Both the position numbers and the translations under genes were made by a program. Shown piece after piece: positions 20,446 through 32,401 of a stretch of DNA of 64,000 nt. The number at the start of each line of letters is the position of its first letter. Positions within the stretch are counted from its first letter, which is position 1. Origin of the DNA: Phycisphaerae bacterium (GTDB lineage Bacteria > Planctomycetota > Phycisphaerae > UBA1845 > Fen-1342); the NCBI GenBank assembly GCA_963675745.2, contig CAXXWX010000015.1, positions 1 to 64,000 on the forward strand. Direction: 5' to 3'. Below the pieces are notes generated by a model, which saw only the letters and a program-made list of their open reading frames with translations, was not told the DNA's origin and did no database searches.

Positions 20446-23400
20446 TCATCCCGCATTTGCCTGGTGCGCTGCAATGGCGGCGCCGACCTTCGCGATGAGG
20501 TCGGCGGGCTTGTAGGGCTTTGCCAGGAACTCCACTGGCCCGATCCCGGCGAAGCGCTCCGCAACGTGTTCTTCGCTGTACCCGCTGACAACGACGACGG
20601 GCACACCGGACCGGATTTCGAGCATCTTCCGGTACACCTCCTCCCCGCCCAGGTCGGGCATTGTCAGATCGAGCAGTACAGCGTCGATCTGTTCATGGTG
20701 TTCACCGAACGCCTCGATCGCTGCGCGGCCGCCGTCAGCTGTCCGGACCGTGAATCCGGCGCGCTCCAGTAATCGCTGTGCCACCGTGCGGACGAGATCT
20801 TCGTCGTCCACCAGGAGCACCGTACCTGTCTTGCACGGCATCGCTGAGGTCGGTTCCTCGGCGATACGGCGCACCAGCGGCTGCTTCGGCGCCGGGAACA
20901 AGACCCGGAAACACGTTCCCTGTCCGGGCGCGCTGCGCACTTGGAAAGCCCCGCGATGCCCGCGGACGATGCCCTGGGCCGCGGCCAGCCCCAAGCCCCG
21001 GCCGGTGAATTTCGTGGTGAAGAACGGGTCAAACATCTTCGCCTGGGTGTCGATATCCATGCCGCAGCCGGTGTCCGCAACCTCCAGAAACACGTAGCGC
21101 CCCTCGGCCACGTCTTCCTCGTGCAGCATCGCGGCCAGCAACGCGCTATCCGCGTCGACAACTCCGATGCGGACGGCCACCGTGCCCCCCGTGTCGCCGA
21201 TCGCTTCCGCCGCATTTATGATCAGATTCATCACCAGTTGCCGCAGTTGGGTGGCGTCGGCCTCGATCAACGGTGGGTCCTTCGCCAAGTCGAACTCCAG
21301 CGCGACCTTCTTGGAAATCGACGCCTTTACGAGCTCGGCCATGTCCTGCACCAGTTCCGGGAGGTCGACCGCGACAACTTCGAAGCGGCCTTTGCCGGAG
21401 TAGGCCAACATCTGTCGGGTCAGGTCGGCGGCGCGGTTGCCGGCGCGTTCGATGTGCTTGATCAATTTGCGCACGGGCTCATTTTCCGGCAGCAGCTCCA
21501 GCGCCAGGCTGGCACTGCCGAGCACGCCAGTGAGCAAGTTGTTGAAGTCGTGGGCGACCCCGCCGGCCAACACGCCGAGACTCTCCAGTTTCTGGGAGTG
21601 CAGCACGCGGCCCTCCAACTCGCGGCGCTGCTGCTCAGCGTGTTTGAGGCGGGTCACGTCGGAGAAGGTGATGACCACCCCGTCGATGCGATCGTCGAGC
21701 GTGCGATACGGCAGGATGCGCATCGTGTGCCAACGCCCATCGCGGGTCTGCACTTCCCTTTCCGTCGGCGACAGGTCCTTGAGCATCTTCTCGCTCTCGG
21801 CGGCGAGTTCCTTACCATCGAAGTTCTTGGTGATGTGGCTGATCGGCCGTCCCAGGTCCGCGGGGATCAGGTTGAGCAACTCCGTGGCCCGCGGTGTAAA
21901 CCGCTTGATACGCAGTTGGCTGTCCAGGAAAACCGTGGCGATCTCCGTGGCTGCGAGCAGATTGGCGAGATCGTTATTGCTGGCGGTGAGTTCGGCCAGC
22001 TTCTCGTTGAGTTGGCTGTTGACGGTGGTCAGCTCCTCGTTGACCGATTGCAGTTCCTCCTTGGAGGCCTCCAACTCCTCGTTGGCGGACTGCAACTCCT
22101 CGTTCATGGACATGACTTCTTCGTTGGCGGCCCGAAGTTCCTCGTTAGCGGTATCGAATTCCTCGGCGTCGGCACGAAGTTCGTTCCGCAGAGTCTTCAC
22201 CTCCTGCTCAAGCTGGGTCACGAGCGGTTCATCCCCGGCTGACGCGGGCAGGGCGGCCGACGACGAACGGGGATCGCACGCGTCCTCGAAGATGATGGCC
22301 AGGAGCTTGTCGGCCTCCGGCGCGGAGGGAACCCGCATAACGGTCAGATCTGCCAGCGGCGTGCCAGCGCGGGGAACCGGCGCGCGCGGGATTGTGACCG
22401 CCTCGCCGTGCTGGAGGGCTTGCTCTATCGCCCGGCGCAACTTCGCCGAGAGCGTTCCGGTGGTCATGTCCAGCACATTCAAGCTGGCCGGTCCTTTCGG
22501 ATGGCCCAGATAGCGCTCCGTCTCGCCGTAGAAATGGAGGATCTGCCCCCGGGGATTGACCAGCACGACGCTGGCCTTGAAGTGTCTCAGGAGCACGTCC
22601 TGGTTGGCCTGTGTGAGAGTGGCGGCGGGTGGCGGGATCGCGCTGCGCTCGCGTACGCCGACGGTTCGACCGCCGGTGCGGATCGGAAATGCGCCGGCCG
22701 CCTGGCGGTTCGAGCGGATCAGGCGGTAGATCCGCCACGGCTTGGAAACCGGCTCGAAGAGGTCCTCCATCTCGGCGATGCCTTCGGACTTGCCCAGGAA
22801 GAGGTACCCGCCCGGGCTCAGGGCGAAGCTGAACAGCGCGAGGACTTTCTTCTGGAAGGCCGGCTCGATGTAGATCAGCACGTTACGGCAACTGATCAGG
22901 TCGAGCTTTGAGAAGGGCGGATCCGTGATCAGATCTTGCCGCGAGAAAACCACCGCCTCGCGGAGTTGCTTGGTGACCTGGTACTTCTGGCCCTGCCTGG
23001 TAAAGAACCGCTCCAGCCGATCCGTCGAGATCGCCTCGGCGATGCTCTCGTGGGTAAACCCCGGCCCGGCCCACTTCCAGCGCGTGGTCGTCCACGTCCG
23101 AAGCAAACACCTGGACCGTGCGACCGGTGCCTGCGGCGGCCACGGACTCCAGCATGAGCATGGCGAGAGAATAGGCCTCCTCGCCGGAAGCACAACCGGG
23201 CACCCAGGCTCGCAACGCGTAGTCCGGGTCACTCCTGGCCACCAGCGGGACAATGGCCTCCTTCCGCAGTTCCTCGAAGGCCTTGGCGTCGCGGAAAAAG
23301 GAACTCACACCGATCAACATGTCCCGGGAAAGCTGTGTCAGCTCTCGTTGGTCCTCTTCGAGCAGTTTCAGGTATGCAGCCATGCCGGCAACCTGCGTGA

Positions 23401-24139
23401 TGCCCATGCGGCGCTGGATGCGGCGAACGATGGTGGCCTTTTTGTAGTGCCGGTAATCGCTGTTCGCGCGGACACGCAGGAGCTTCAGGATGGGCTCGAG
23501 ATCGTCCGCGGCAGCTTCCGTTGTCGTGTGGCCGGGGCTTGTCCGAGCCGCCGCGTGCTGCGCGTAGCCCACCAGCGCGGCGGGCATCTGCGCCACTGGC
23601 AGGACGTGGTCCACCAGGCCGGTGTCGATCGCGCTTTGCGGCATCGCCGGGAACTGGGCGGTCTCCGGATCCTGCGCCATGCACATCCCGCCGGCCTCGC
23701 GAACCGCACGGATTCCCCGCGTTCCGTCCGAGCCGCTGCTGCCCGAAAGAATGATGCCGACTGCCGCCTCGTGCTGATCCTCGGCCAGGGAGGTCAGGAA
23801 GAAATCGATCGGCATCCGGATACGGTCGTGCTCCGACCGCTCGCCCAGGACGAGTCGCCCCCCGTCGATGGACATGTATTTACCGGCGGGATTGGCGTAA
23901 GCGTGGTTGGCCTGCACCGGCATGCCGGCTTCGGCCTGGACGACCTTCATTCGCGTGCACTTGCCCAGGATGTCCGCCATGCGGCTTTCGTGGGTCGGCT
24001 CGAGGTGCTGGATCACCACGAAGGCCAATCCGCTGTCCGAGGGCATGGCCGTGAAAAGCTCTTTCAGCGCCTCGATTCCGCCCGCCGAGGCGCCGATCCC
24101 CACAACCAGTACCGGCGTGGAATCAGATCCGTCGCTCAT
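20446..24139 (-). CDS. CheB/CheR fusion with PAS, histidine kinase and receiver domains (frameshift near 23050)
   Basis: GIGASAGG (CheB); GCASGEEAYS and DLISCRNVLIY (CheR); NEELQS coiled coil; AHDFNNLL; FFTTKFTGRGLGL; receiver VLLVDD...DLTMP. Confidence 0.88.
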
Positions 24140-24367
24140 GATGACGCCTTTCCAGCCTCGGTCGCCGGCTGACCGCTGCGCGTGGCAACGTCGGCGACAC
24201 TTGGCGGCTCGCCCTGCTGCGGGAAGAACTGGATTCTGTTGGTCAGGGCCCTTCTGCAGATGCAGTATGACCCTCGCACAGGGTTCGCGAAAGGGCGGTG
24301 AGCACGCAATCTGCGTTCGGCGGTGTCGTCGCTGGGCTGCGTCAGGCTTTAGCAGGGGTTCGTTTCT

Positions 24368-25441
24368 TCACCCCCAGCGCAGCCCCAACATCTTCGCCAT
24401 CGAGCGTGCGGCCCGCCCGAGGGTTAACCGCGGTGGCGGACCGCCATTATGGTACAGCACCATCGTCGTCTGGTCGTCCTCGGCCGGCGCGCCGCCCCGC
24501 CAACGGTCGACCGCGTCGATGAGCCTCTGGCCGATGAGGTGCGCCGTTTGCGGCGCGATAGCCGACACTTGCGATCCATCCGACGTCGTTTCGTGATGCT
24601 CGCGTCGTTGTGGGTGCGAAACTGGCGCGGCCGCCGCCCCCGTTCCTCGCGGAGGTGCCTCTAGCTCGCCACTCGCGCTCGGAACCTGGTCCACGGTACG
24701 CTGCGCCAGTTCCAACAATCCGCGCTCGCCGAGCATCTCCCTGGCCGGATTCCGCGCCTCGGTCATCGCATCCGTGTAGATGATCACCACGTCGCCCATC
24801 GCCAGCTTGGCCGCAAACTGGCGATACTCGGTCGGCTCAATGATCCCCAGCGGTAGATTCGCGACCCGGGAGAGCCGGTAGCGGACGCGTTCCGTGCGGA
24901 TGGACGGTCCCGCGCTGGCCGCCGCCTGGTCCAAGAATTGCCAGCGGCCGGCGAGGTGGCTGTACCACAGCGGTCGCGGGTGCCCGGCGTTGCAGACGAT
25001 CAGGTGATGCGTCGGCGCAAAGTACGTCGCCAGCAAGACGGTGGCAAACTCGTTGTTGCCCACCTTGTCGGCAAAATCCTTGTTGAGCGCGCGGGCGAAA
25101 CGCGTCTGGTCCAGCAAGTTGATATGTTTCCGTACCGACTTCCGCAGCCACCGCGCGAACTCGTTCAGGTCCGGGCCGTGGCCGGCAATGTCGGCGACGA
25201 CAAAACGCGTTACGCGCCCCGTACCGCACGTCGAGACATAATGCAGGTCTCCGCCGCGCGCGCCTCCGCACGGCCGGCTGTCGAGCCACACATCCAGCCC
25301 GGGCGCCGCGAGCGCGGCCTGCACGACTTGGTTGCCGCCGAGAACCTCGAGACATTGCAACGAATACGGGGCTTCGGGCGGGGGCACCGGCGACTTGGGC
25401 GCAGCGCTCGACGACTTAGGAGGTACAGCCGTAGATCCCAT
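24368..25441 (-). CDS. PP2C/SpoIIE-family Ser/Thr phosphatase
   Basis: GGDLHY, VADIAGHG, CNAGHPRP, YTDAMTE and EDDQT motifs. Confidence 0.9.
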   Translation of the reverse strand: MGSTAVPPKSSSAAPKSPVPPPEAPYSLQCLEVLGGNQVVQAALAAPGLDVWLDSRPCGGARGGDLHYVSTCGTGRVTRFVVADIAGHGPDLNEFARWLRKSVRKHINLLDQTRFARALNKDFADKVGNNEFATVLLATYFAPTHHLIVCNAGHPRPLWYSHLAGRWQFLDQAAASAGPSIRTERVRYRLSRVANLPLGIIEPTEYRQFAAKLAMGDVVIIYTDAMTEARNPAREMLGERGLLELAQRTVDQVPSASGELEAPPRGTGAAAAPVSHPQRREHHETTSDGSQVSAIAPQTAHLIGQRLIDAVDRWRGGAPAEDDQTTMVLYHNGGPPPRLTLGRAARSMAKMLGLRWG

Positions 25442-25654
25442 CAACGATGTCCTTCCGTCCCGATGACGCGCATAGCTTAGTTGATTAACACGAGATTTCC
25501 CATTTGCCGAGAACCCACGCCCACGTACCGCCGCATCGAGCCCAGTATGCCGCGGGATGTGTTTAGCTTGGCCAGTCTACGATTACCGGCGCGGCGTACG
25601 ACCGTCTGCTATTGACCGCGATCTCCCACTCGGGCGGCGTCAACGCGGCCCCGG

Positions 25655-25759
25655 TGAGCAGACCCAGCGGCTTCCAAACGCGGTAGCGGTCCACGGACTT
25701 TGTTTGAGGTCGGTAAGACCGACGGGTGGGTAAAGGGAATTGATCAAATACAAGCGCGT
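25655..25759 (-). pseudogene. Remnant of the 5' end of a B12-radical SAM gene (paralog of 8384..9763)
   Basis: TRLYLINSLYPPVGLTDLKQSPW aligns with MRLYLINPGNPLVSLTYVKESRW; the start codon has mutated to ACG. Confidence 0.7.
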
Positions 25760-25929
25760 CGCCCGGGGGGCCTTCACGTCTCTGGGTGTTCGACCCGGGG
25801 GGAGGCCTGAATGTCTCCGGTGCATTAGTCTTCGCTCACGCGGCTCTACGATTCCACGAGTGCCGCGAACTGGACAGCGTTCGTCCGGTTCCGGGGCACA
25901 ACGGGCGTCCCAGCCGGCGCCCGACGCTT

Positions 25930-26418
25930 CTATCCGGCTTGGCCTTCGTTCTGTTGAAAAGAGCGTTGGAGCAACTCCAGCTCTTTCCGGCCGTGTGCCT
26001 TCAGATCCGCAAGGTAGTGCTCAAGCTCCCCACATACCTTCTCGAATCCAGCGGCATCGTCGGGGGAGACGTACTCCAGTCGTACTATGATGTGTTCGAA
26101 GTTGGCTTGAAGCTCTTCGCGCGCGTTTCTCAACGCCTTAACGTCGCTGGCCAGACGTGGCTTCGTGTCGGTGATCAAGTGCATGTAACCACCGTGGTCC
26201 GCAAGAACCCGCGTGCGGGTCAGTTGGCGTTCAAAGGACCGCGCCACGAAGCGCAACGTTGAGAGCTTGCGGCTGTTTCCACGATCGCGCGTCATCCACT
26301 GGAGCACGGTTTGGAACGATTGCTCAATATTCAAGAGCAGCGCAAGCTCGACTTCCATCTGCTTGGCGATCTCCTGGGCTTCAGCAATGTTGTATGCGGT
26401 TGGCTCAAGGTACTTCAT
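25930..26418 (-). CDS. Hypothetical helical protein, hemerythrin-like fold suspected
   Basis: Four-helix pattern with HGRKELELLQRSF...EGQAG; most canonical metal ligands are absent. Confidence 0.55.
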   Translation of the reverse strand: MKYLEPTAYNIAEAQEIAKQMEVELALLLNIEQSFQTVLQWMTRDRGNSRKLSTLRFVARSFERQLTRTRVLADHGGYMHLITDTKPRLASDVKALRNAREELQANFEHIIVRLEYVSPDDAAGFEKVCGELEHYLADLKAHGRKELELLQRSFQQNEGQAG

Positions 26419-26906
26419 CTCGAATCCCTTCGTTGGTACAGGGGCGAAACGGGCTTCGACCCGGGTTTCGTGAGGCTCGGGCTACCCTTCTTTGGACGGA
26501 ACTGACTGAGAACGTCACGGTTCCTCATGGTGACCCTCAGGTCGCTGCGCGCCCCATGCGCCGCAGCCAGCGGAAATGCGAAGCCACGCCGGCCACGACG
26601 GTCTCACCCGACATTTCCCACTTGCTGCTCCGGAGGCTCCGATGCTAGGGGAGCGCGAAGCCCATTTCAAGGAAGGGTGGACATTCTGGCGAGGTTGCCT
26701 GCCCTTGGACCCCAGATTCCGTCCATCCCGCCTCTCTGGATCGCCGGAGGGGCCGTTTGCCCCTCAGATCCCGCCGACCATCAGGCTACGGGCTGAGCTG
26801 CAACTCGCGCCATGGGTGCGTGTCGGCGAGCCCTACAACAACGATGTCAGTCGGCCCCAATCCGCCGTTCCGACGACGCCGGGTGAGGTCTTGGCCGGAC
26901 ACAGCA

Positions 26907-28367
26907 TCAGAAGTCGTGCTCCAGGATCGCCATCGTGCGGCGGCATAATTCGCGCCCGTAGTCGGTCCAGGCGCCTTCGCCCCAGTACCGAAAGCAGCTC
27001 GTTTGAGTGAGGAGCAAGTGAAACAGCGGGTTGCGATAGCGCGGATCGGACGGGGAAACGTCCCTGGACAGCACTTTCTCCGCAAAGCGCGCGCTGGCTG
27101 ACACCATGGGGCCGAGCACGTCCTGGTATCCCCGGACCCACGAAATGTCGTTGGTCCAGCTGCCACCCTCCATGTGGAACCGAGGGTCGTCCCGCTGGAT
27201 CTGCCCGATGAGTTCGTCCATCGCCTGCGGCCCCGCGCCCCCCGCGAAGCCGCGCCAAACCCGATGCTGCATGATCGGCTGAATGACAGGGAAAACCTCC
27301 GGCGTGACGCCCAGGGAATCGAGATAGTCGAGATACTCGCTGACATTCAAGGGAGGCGTGGCGCTGCCGCTAGCCTCTGCCATGACTTGCAGGTACTTCG
27401 GGGGAAACTCATTCATCATGACGCCGCCGTTTTCGCCGTCGGCGATCTGGACCACGAGCGGAGGAATCGCTCGGCCGGCCAGCTCGATTCGTGCCAGGCC
27501 CTTGACTTCGGAATATGGCTGCATCTGGCCGACGAGCTTCGTGTCACTGCCTTGGGCCTTGACGATGGCGATGATACTAACGGTCGCGCCGCGCGAGTTC
27601 CGGGCCACGAGCCGGTGTGGAATGTGGGCCTGTTGAATCGGCCCGCCATTCTCGGCGAGCTCGACGGTGTGCTCCTGCACGAGCAGCCAACGGTATCCAC
27701 ATTCTCGAAGCGTCTTCACGAATTCGTAGCAGACGTCCGGGTGGTTGGGGAGCGCCATTTCGGCGGGGGAGAATCCGCGCACGCGAGCCAGGGCCGCAAC
27801 CCCGAAGATCGCCGCGAAGTGGTGCTGCCAGGCCCGCACGTGCAGGCGATAGTCCTGCGCGGGGGTCGAGGGCGCCACGGGATGGCCCCAGGCTGAGCCC
27901 AGCCACTCGACGCACGGTTGGTACGCTGGATCGCAGGTGATCGCCCGCAAGCTCTCGAGCACATCATCCGCCCCTAGCACACGCAGGCCGTGGAGCAGGC
28001 AGCCCGAATAGTCCAGCATCACGCGCGGCTGGCGACCCGCGCGGACGAGTTGCGGGATGAATTCGCCCATGCGTTTGTAGCACCAGCGAAAGACCGGCGC
28101 GTTGTGATGATCCGCGACGTTGGGATGCTCCATCATGTACTGCAGGTTACTGATGATCTTGGCGGTGCGCAAATCGTCACCGCCGGCGGGAATCAGCGGC
28201 TGGTGCATGTGCAACGCGATGGCGAACGCGCCATTGATACGAGCGAAATCGATGCGGCTGTCGGATGACGGGCGTGGTTCACTGCGGGCCAGCGCCTCGC
28301 GGATCAGGTCCTCTTGCCCACAGATATTGGGGAGGTTACCGACACATTCGGGAAGAGTGTTGCTCAT
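26907..28367 (-). CDS. Glycoside hydrolase family 57-like protein
   Basis: ALHMHQP, GFSPAEM and ADGENGG motifs. Confidence 0.8.
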   Translation of the reverse strand: MSNTLPECVGNLPNICGQEDLIREALARSEPRPSSDSRIDFARINGAFAIALHMHQPLIPAGGDDLRTAKIISNLQYMMEHPNVADHHNAPVFRWCYKRMGEFIPQLVRAGRQPRVMLDYSGCLLHGLRVLGADDVLESLRAITCDPAYQPCVEWLGSAWGHPVAPSTPAQDYRLHVRAWQHHFAAIFGVAALARVRGFSPAEMALPNHPDVCYEFVKTLRECGYRWLLVQEHTVELAENGGPIQQAHIPHRLVARNSRGATVSIIAIVKAQGSDTKLVGQMQPYSEVKGLARIELAGRAIPPLVVQIADGENGGVMMNEFPPKYLQVMAEASGSATPPLNVSEYLDYLDSLGVTPEVFPVIQPIMQHRVWRGFAGGAGPQAMDELIGQIQRDDPRFHMEGGSWTNDISWVRGYQDVLGPMVSASARFAEKVLSRDVSPSDPRYRNPLFHLLLTQTSCFRYWGEGAWTDYGRELCRRTMAILEHDF

Positions 28368-28853
28368 TCATCAGCCAAGAATGGGGTCCACAAACCGATG
28401 GCAATCTACTCCACGCCGGATAACCACAGTGCGCGCCAAGCTGGACCGCACCGACGCGTCTGGAATCGACGTACCCTTGCTCCACGTCCGCGCGCAGCAG
28501 TGAGACGCGGTGGCGATGACCCACGTCGACACCCTCGAAACCGCCCACCAACCCGGCGTCCGGCCTGTGAGTGAGGCGGTCACCCACCGTCATCACGAGG
28601 GTACCGATGATACCGAGAACGACCTCATTCTAACGGGGATCGCGTGTTTCTTCTGGTCACTGGGTAGAGTAAGCCATCTTCAGCCGCACAGGTGTTGCGA
28701 GGTCCAACTGGTGGCCGCAGGCCGCATCGCATTCTTCCACGGTGGGTGACGACGCAGAGCGGCGACCTGCCATTAATCTGATTGTGCAAGACACGTTGGA
28801 TGTGCGGGTTACTTCGGCTTACGATTGCCACGATGACCGGGTGAGGAATCGCC

Positions 28854-31094
28854 ATGACGACGGAACGTTTCGCGGATCGCATCGTCCGCCAACTGGCCCG
28901 CCAAGACTATCAGCCGCAGAAGATCCGCAAGCTCGCCCAGGCGCTGCGCATTGCCGACGATGAATACGGCGACTTTCGCGCGGCGGTCAAGGCCTTGATG
29001 AAGACGGGGCGGATCGTGATGGGGTCAGCCAGCGCGCTGACACTCCCCGATCCAGCCCGGCGGGTGGTGGGCCGTTTTCGCTCCAACCCGCGCGGCTTCG
29101 GGTTTGTCATTCCCGACACACCGAACTCGCATGGCGACCTGTTCGTCCCGCCGGGCAAAGCTGGCGCCGCGCTCACGGGCGATACGGTGGCGGCCGAGGT
29201 GCTGAAGCGCGGCGAGCGCGACGGCCGGTTGATCTACGAGGGTCGCATCGTCGAGATCATCGAGCGTGGGCAGAGTCGGTACGTCGGCGAACTCTGCCGC
29301 GAACTCAAGCGCTGGTTCGTGCGACCGGACGGCAACATCCTGCACGTGCCCATCTTTGTGGGCGACCCGGGAGCCAAACGTGCACGCAGCGGCGACCAGG
29401 TGGTGGTCGAGATCACCGAGTACCCCTCGAGCGGCCACGACGCCCAGGGCGTGATCACCAAGGTGCTGGGCAAACGCGGCGACCCGGGCGTCGATGCGCA
29501 GAGCATCATCTGTCAATACCAGATGCCGACCGAGTTTCCCGCCGAAGTCGCGAAGGAAACCGCGCGCGTCGTGGCGGCCTATGACCCGCAGGATGCGTCC
29601 CACGACCGGGAGGACCTGCGGAACCTGACGGTGATCACCATCGATCCCGACGACGCCCGCGATTTCGACGACGCCATCTCGCTGACCGAGCTGGGCGGCG
29701 GCCGGCTGGAGTTGGGCGTGCACATCGCAGACGTATCGCACTTCGTACAGCCGGGCGGGGCGCTGGACGAGGAAGCCCGCGAGCGCGCCAACAGCGTCTA
29801 CTTCCCGCGTCTGGTCATTCCCATGCTCCCGGAAGTGCTCTCCAACGGAGTCTGCAGCCTTCAGGAGAAACAGCTCCGGCTGACCAAGAGCGCGTTCATA
29901 ACCTACAACGCCGCGGGGAAGCGCGTCGCGACGCGTTTCGCGAACACTGTAGTCCGATCGGCCAAGCGGCTGACCTACCGGCAGGCGACGGGGATACTGG
30001 CGGGCAAGATGGGAGGGTACTCGAAGAACGTGGTCGCTTTGGTGCGGCGGATGGAGTCGCTGGCCCGGACGATCCGGCGGCGCCGATTGGCCAACGGAAT
30101 GCTGGTGCTGGACCTGCCGGAAGTCGAGGTCGTGTTCGACGAAAAAGGGGGTGTGGCGGGCGTGGAGCCGGCGGACACAAGCTTCTCGCACACGATCATT
30201 GAGATGTTCATGGTCGAAGCCAACGAGGTGGTGGCCGAGCTGCTGGCTGGCCTGAGCGCGCCGGCTCTGCGCCGCGTGCACCCACCGCCCGACGAGGCAG
30301 CGACGCAGCCTCTGAATCGGTTCCTACGGGCCCTGGGGCTACCCCCTGTCAAAGGAATGAACCACGCGGCGTTGCAGTCGTTGCTGGAGAAGGTAAGGGG
30401 TCGGCCGGAGTCATTCGCCGTCAACCTTGCGATCCTGAAGTCGCTCGAGCAGGCGGCGTACGAGCCCTCTCCAGTAGGGCACTTCGCGCTGGCCAGCGAG
30501 AACTACACGCACTTCACCTCGCCGATCCGCCGGTACCCGGATTTGACAATCCACCGGCTGCTGGACGCATACATGCGGGGCGGGTTCAAGAAACACCACC
30601 GCCGGGTGGAGGTACGCACACTCGACGAGTGCAAAGAAGTGGGCGCGCACTGCAGTTGCATGGAGCGCCGGGCGGAGGCGGCCGAGCGTGAATTGAAGCT
30701 AGTCTACATCCTGCGGCTGCTCGAACGGCATATTGGCGACGAATTCGAAGGGATCGTCACGGGGGTAACCAACTTCGGCGTCTTCGTCCAACTGCCCAGA
30801 TATTTGGTTGAGGGACTGCTGCGATTCAGCGATCTGCCCGACGACTGGTGGGAAGTGGACAGCGCGGCCGGCTGCGTTGTCGGCCAGCGAACACGCCGGC
30901 GGCTCAAGATCGGCGATCGGCTGCGAGCAACCATCGCCGCCATCGATTTGGCCGACCGGGAATTGGATCTAGCCCTAGCCGACGAGTCGGCGCGTTCAAA
31001 ACCACGGGCCGCCCAGCCGCCGAAGACCGGCAGGAAACGGAAAGCCACGCGCCCAACGAAAACCACGCCTGCGAAGCGGACACGGACGAAGTGA
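28854..31094 (+). CDS. rnr: Ribonuclease R
   Basis: Cold-shock domains, TIDPDDARDFDDAIS, YTHFTSPIRRYPD, an S1 domain and a basic tail. Confidence 0.96.
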   Translation: MTTERFADRIVRQLARQDYQPQKIRKLAQALRIADDEYGDFRAAVKALMKTGRIVMGSASALTLPDPARRVVGRFRSNPRGFGFVIPDTPNSHGDLFVPPGKAGAALTGDTVAAEVLKRGERDGRLIYEGRIVEIIERGQSRYVGELCRELKRWFVRPDGNILHVPIFVGDPGAKRARSGDQVVVEITEYPSSGHDAQGVITKVLGKRGDPGVDAQSIICQYQMPTEFPAEVAKETARVVAAYDPQDASHDREDLRNLTVITIDPDDARDFDDAISLTELGGGRLELGVHIADVSHFVQPGGALDEEARERANSVYFPRLVIPMLPEVLSNGVCSLQEKQLRLTKSAFITYNAAGKRVATRFANTVVRSAKRLTYRQATGILAGKMGGYSKNVVALVRRMESLARTIRRRRLANGMLVLDLPEVEVVFDEKGGVAGVEPADTSFSHTIIEMFMVEANEVVAELLAGLSAPALRRVHPPPDEAATQPLNRFLRALGLPPVKGMNHAALQSLLEKVRGRPESFAVNLAILKSLEQAAYEPSPVGHFALASENYTHFTSPIRRYPDLTIHRLLDAYMRGGFKKHHRRVEVRTLDECKEVGAHCSCMERRAEAAERELKLVYILRLLERHIGDEFEGIVTGVTNFGVFVQLPRYLVEGLLRFSDLPDDWWEVDSAAGCVVGQRTRRRLKIGDRLRATIAAIDLADRELDLALADESARSKPRAAQPPKTGRKRKATRPTKTTPAKRTRTK

Positions 31095-31491
31095 TAGCGC
31101 GTCGTGAGCGACTTCCAGCGGTGCACGCAATCAGCCCTCTATCTGTCGATTACGATCGTATCCTCGTTGCGGCTGGTCCGTTCATGGCGCCGTCACGCAC
31201 GATGACAGGTCTGACGAACTCCGGCTGGGCAGACTGGCTGTCATGACCAGCGCGACGATGTTGGGCGACAGGCGTGTTTCAGTGTCGAAGTGGAAGGCGT
31301 TCCCACGAGGTGAGGAACTCGCCAGCGCGTGTCGGGCCGTTCGCCTGAACCCGGCGCATTGGTGGGGAGTTGGGGTGGATTCCTTGTCCTTTGGTGTCCG
31401 TTGGAGTACCGTATTGTCCGCTCATGTCCCCTTTCGATCGGCGATAGGGGCTCAGGAAGGCGTATAGGCCGTTTACGCGGCGATCCTTGAG

Positions 31492-31794
31492 GGTTCGATT
31501 CCCCCCGCCTCCAATCATGAAGTGCTTTATTGACAAGCACTTACGTCCCGCTGACCCCCCACTACGGGAACTATAGCGGGAACTCGATTTCCGGCGGCGG
31601 CCGAACAAAAGGCGAACACGCCTGAAATCCGCGGCCTTCCCCAGCCGCCTCTCTCCCGGGAACACTCGATTTGCGGCCTACACACCGCGTGGTTTTCTCG
31701 CGGGGCTCCGGCCCTGCAGGAAGGACGTGGGTGATGGCTTGTCTGACCCGGGAGAAGGGCCGGTACTACCGCTTGCACTGGAAGTTCACGGTGA
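31492..31794 (+). mobile_element. att-like repeat copy 1: tmRNA-type 3' end, inverted repeat and start of a putative integrase gene
   Basis: GGTTCGATTCCCCCCGCCTCCA followed by the AAGTGCTT-N7-AAGCACTT palindrome; ~300-bp direct repeat of 53635-53936. Confidence 0.7.
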
Positions 31795-31988
31795 GCGCCG
31801 GTCCCCAAGCCGGCAAGTTGATGGAAGGCAGCCAGTATCTCTGTCGTTGCACACGCGCGGCCGCCAAGGCGCGCTTGCGCGAGCTGGAGGCCTGGGAAGA
31901 AGCGGTCAAGGCCGGGCGGCATCTGCCCAATGGTGACTGGGAAGGCGTCTACGAACTCTGGCTCCGCGAGAAAGCACTCAAGGTCTGA
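31734..31988 (+). pseudogene. Truncated putative integrase N-terminal (arm-binding) fragment
   Basis: ORF MACLTREKGRYYRLHWKF directly after the att-like site, cut at a REP-like palindrome. The integrase identity is inferred from position. Confidence 0.4.
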
Positions 31989-32009
31989 CCGACCGGAGGT
32001 CGGTCCCAC
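31987..32009 (-). repeat. REP-like palindrome GTGGGACCGACCTCCGGTCGGTC
   Basis: GTGG tetranucleotide plus hairpin; related copies at 32077-32098, 36265-36287 and 57920-57944. Confidence 0.6.
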
Positions 32010-32401
32010 ATGGAAGGAAGAGGCCTGGCCTCCAGATTGACCGGACAGGTCCAGGCCCCAGGTGTATTTCCGAATAGCGGGCGGGACGCCCGCCCCACCC
32101 TGATTCAGTCCGTCAAGCTCCATGATCGATTCGCCAGCCGTCGTAGATGAACTTCGTCAACGCCGTCGGGTTGTTCGGATCCCAGGCACCGCCGCCGGCG
32201 TTTGGATCCCGCGGCTCCGTCGCCTTCCAGATCCGCCGACCCAGGTAATCATACCCGTAAGTATAACGCACGGTGGCGGCGTCGCGATTCGCCGTCGGCT
32301 CAACCGCGATCAGCCGGTTCTCGCCGTCATAGACGTACCGCCGGGCGACGAAGTCGCGGCGCTGGTTGCCCGAGGCCGCCACGAACGGGTCGAGATCGCC
32401 G

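Noticed and set aside
31100..31513. Complete tmRNA gene downstream of rnr
   Set aside because: No GGGGGCG-type 5' acceptor strand or tag reading frame was found, and the T stem is mismatched. Only a 3' fragment is present.
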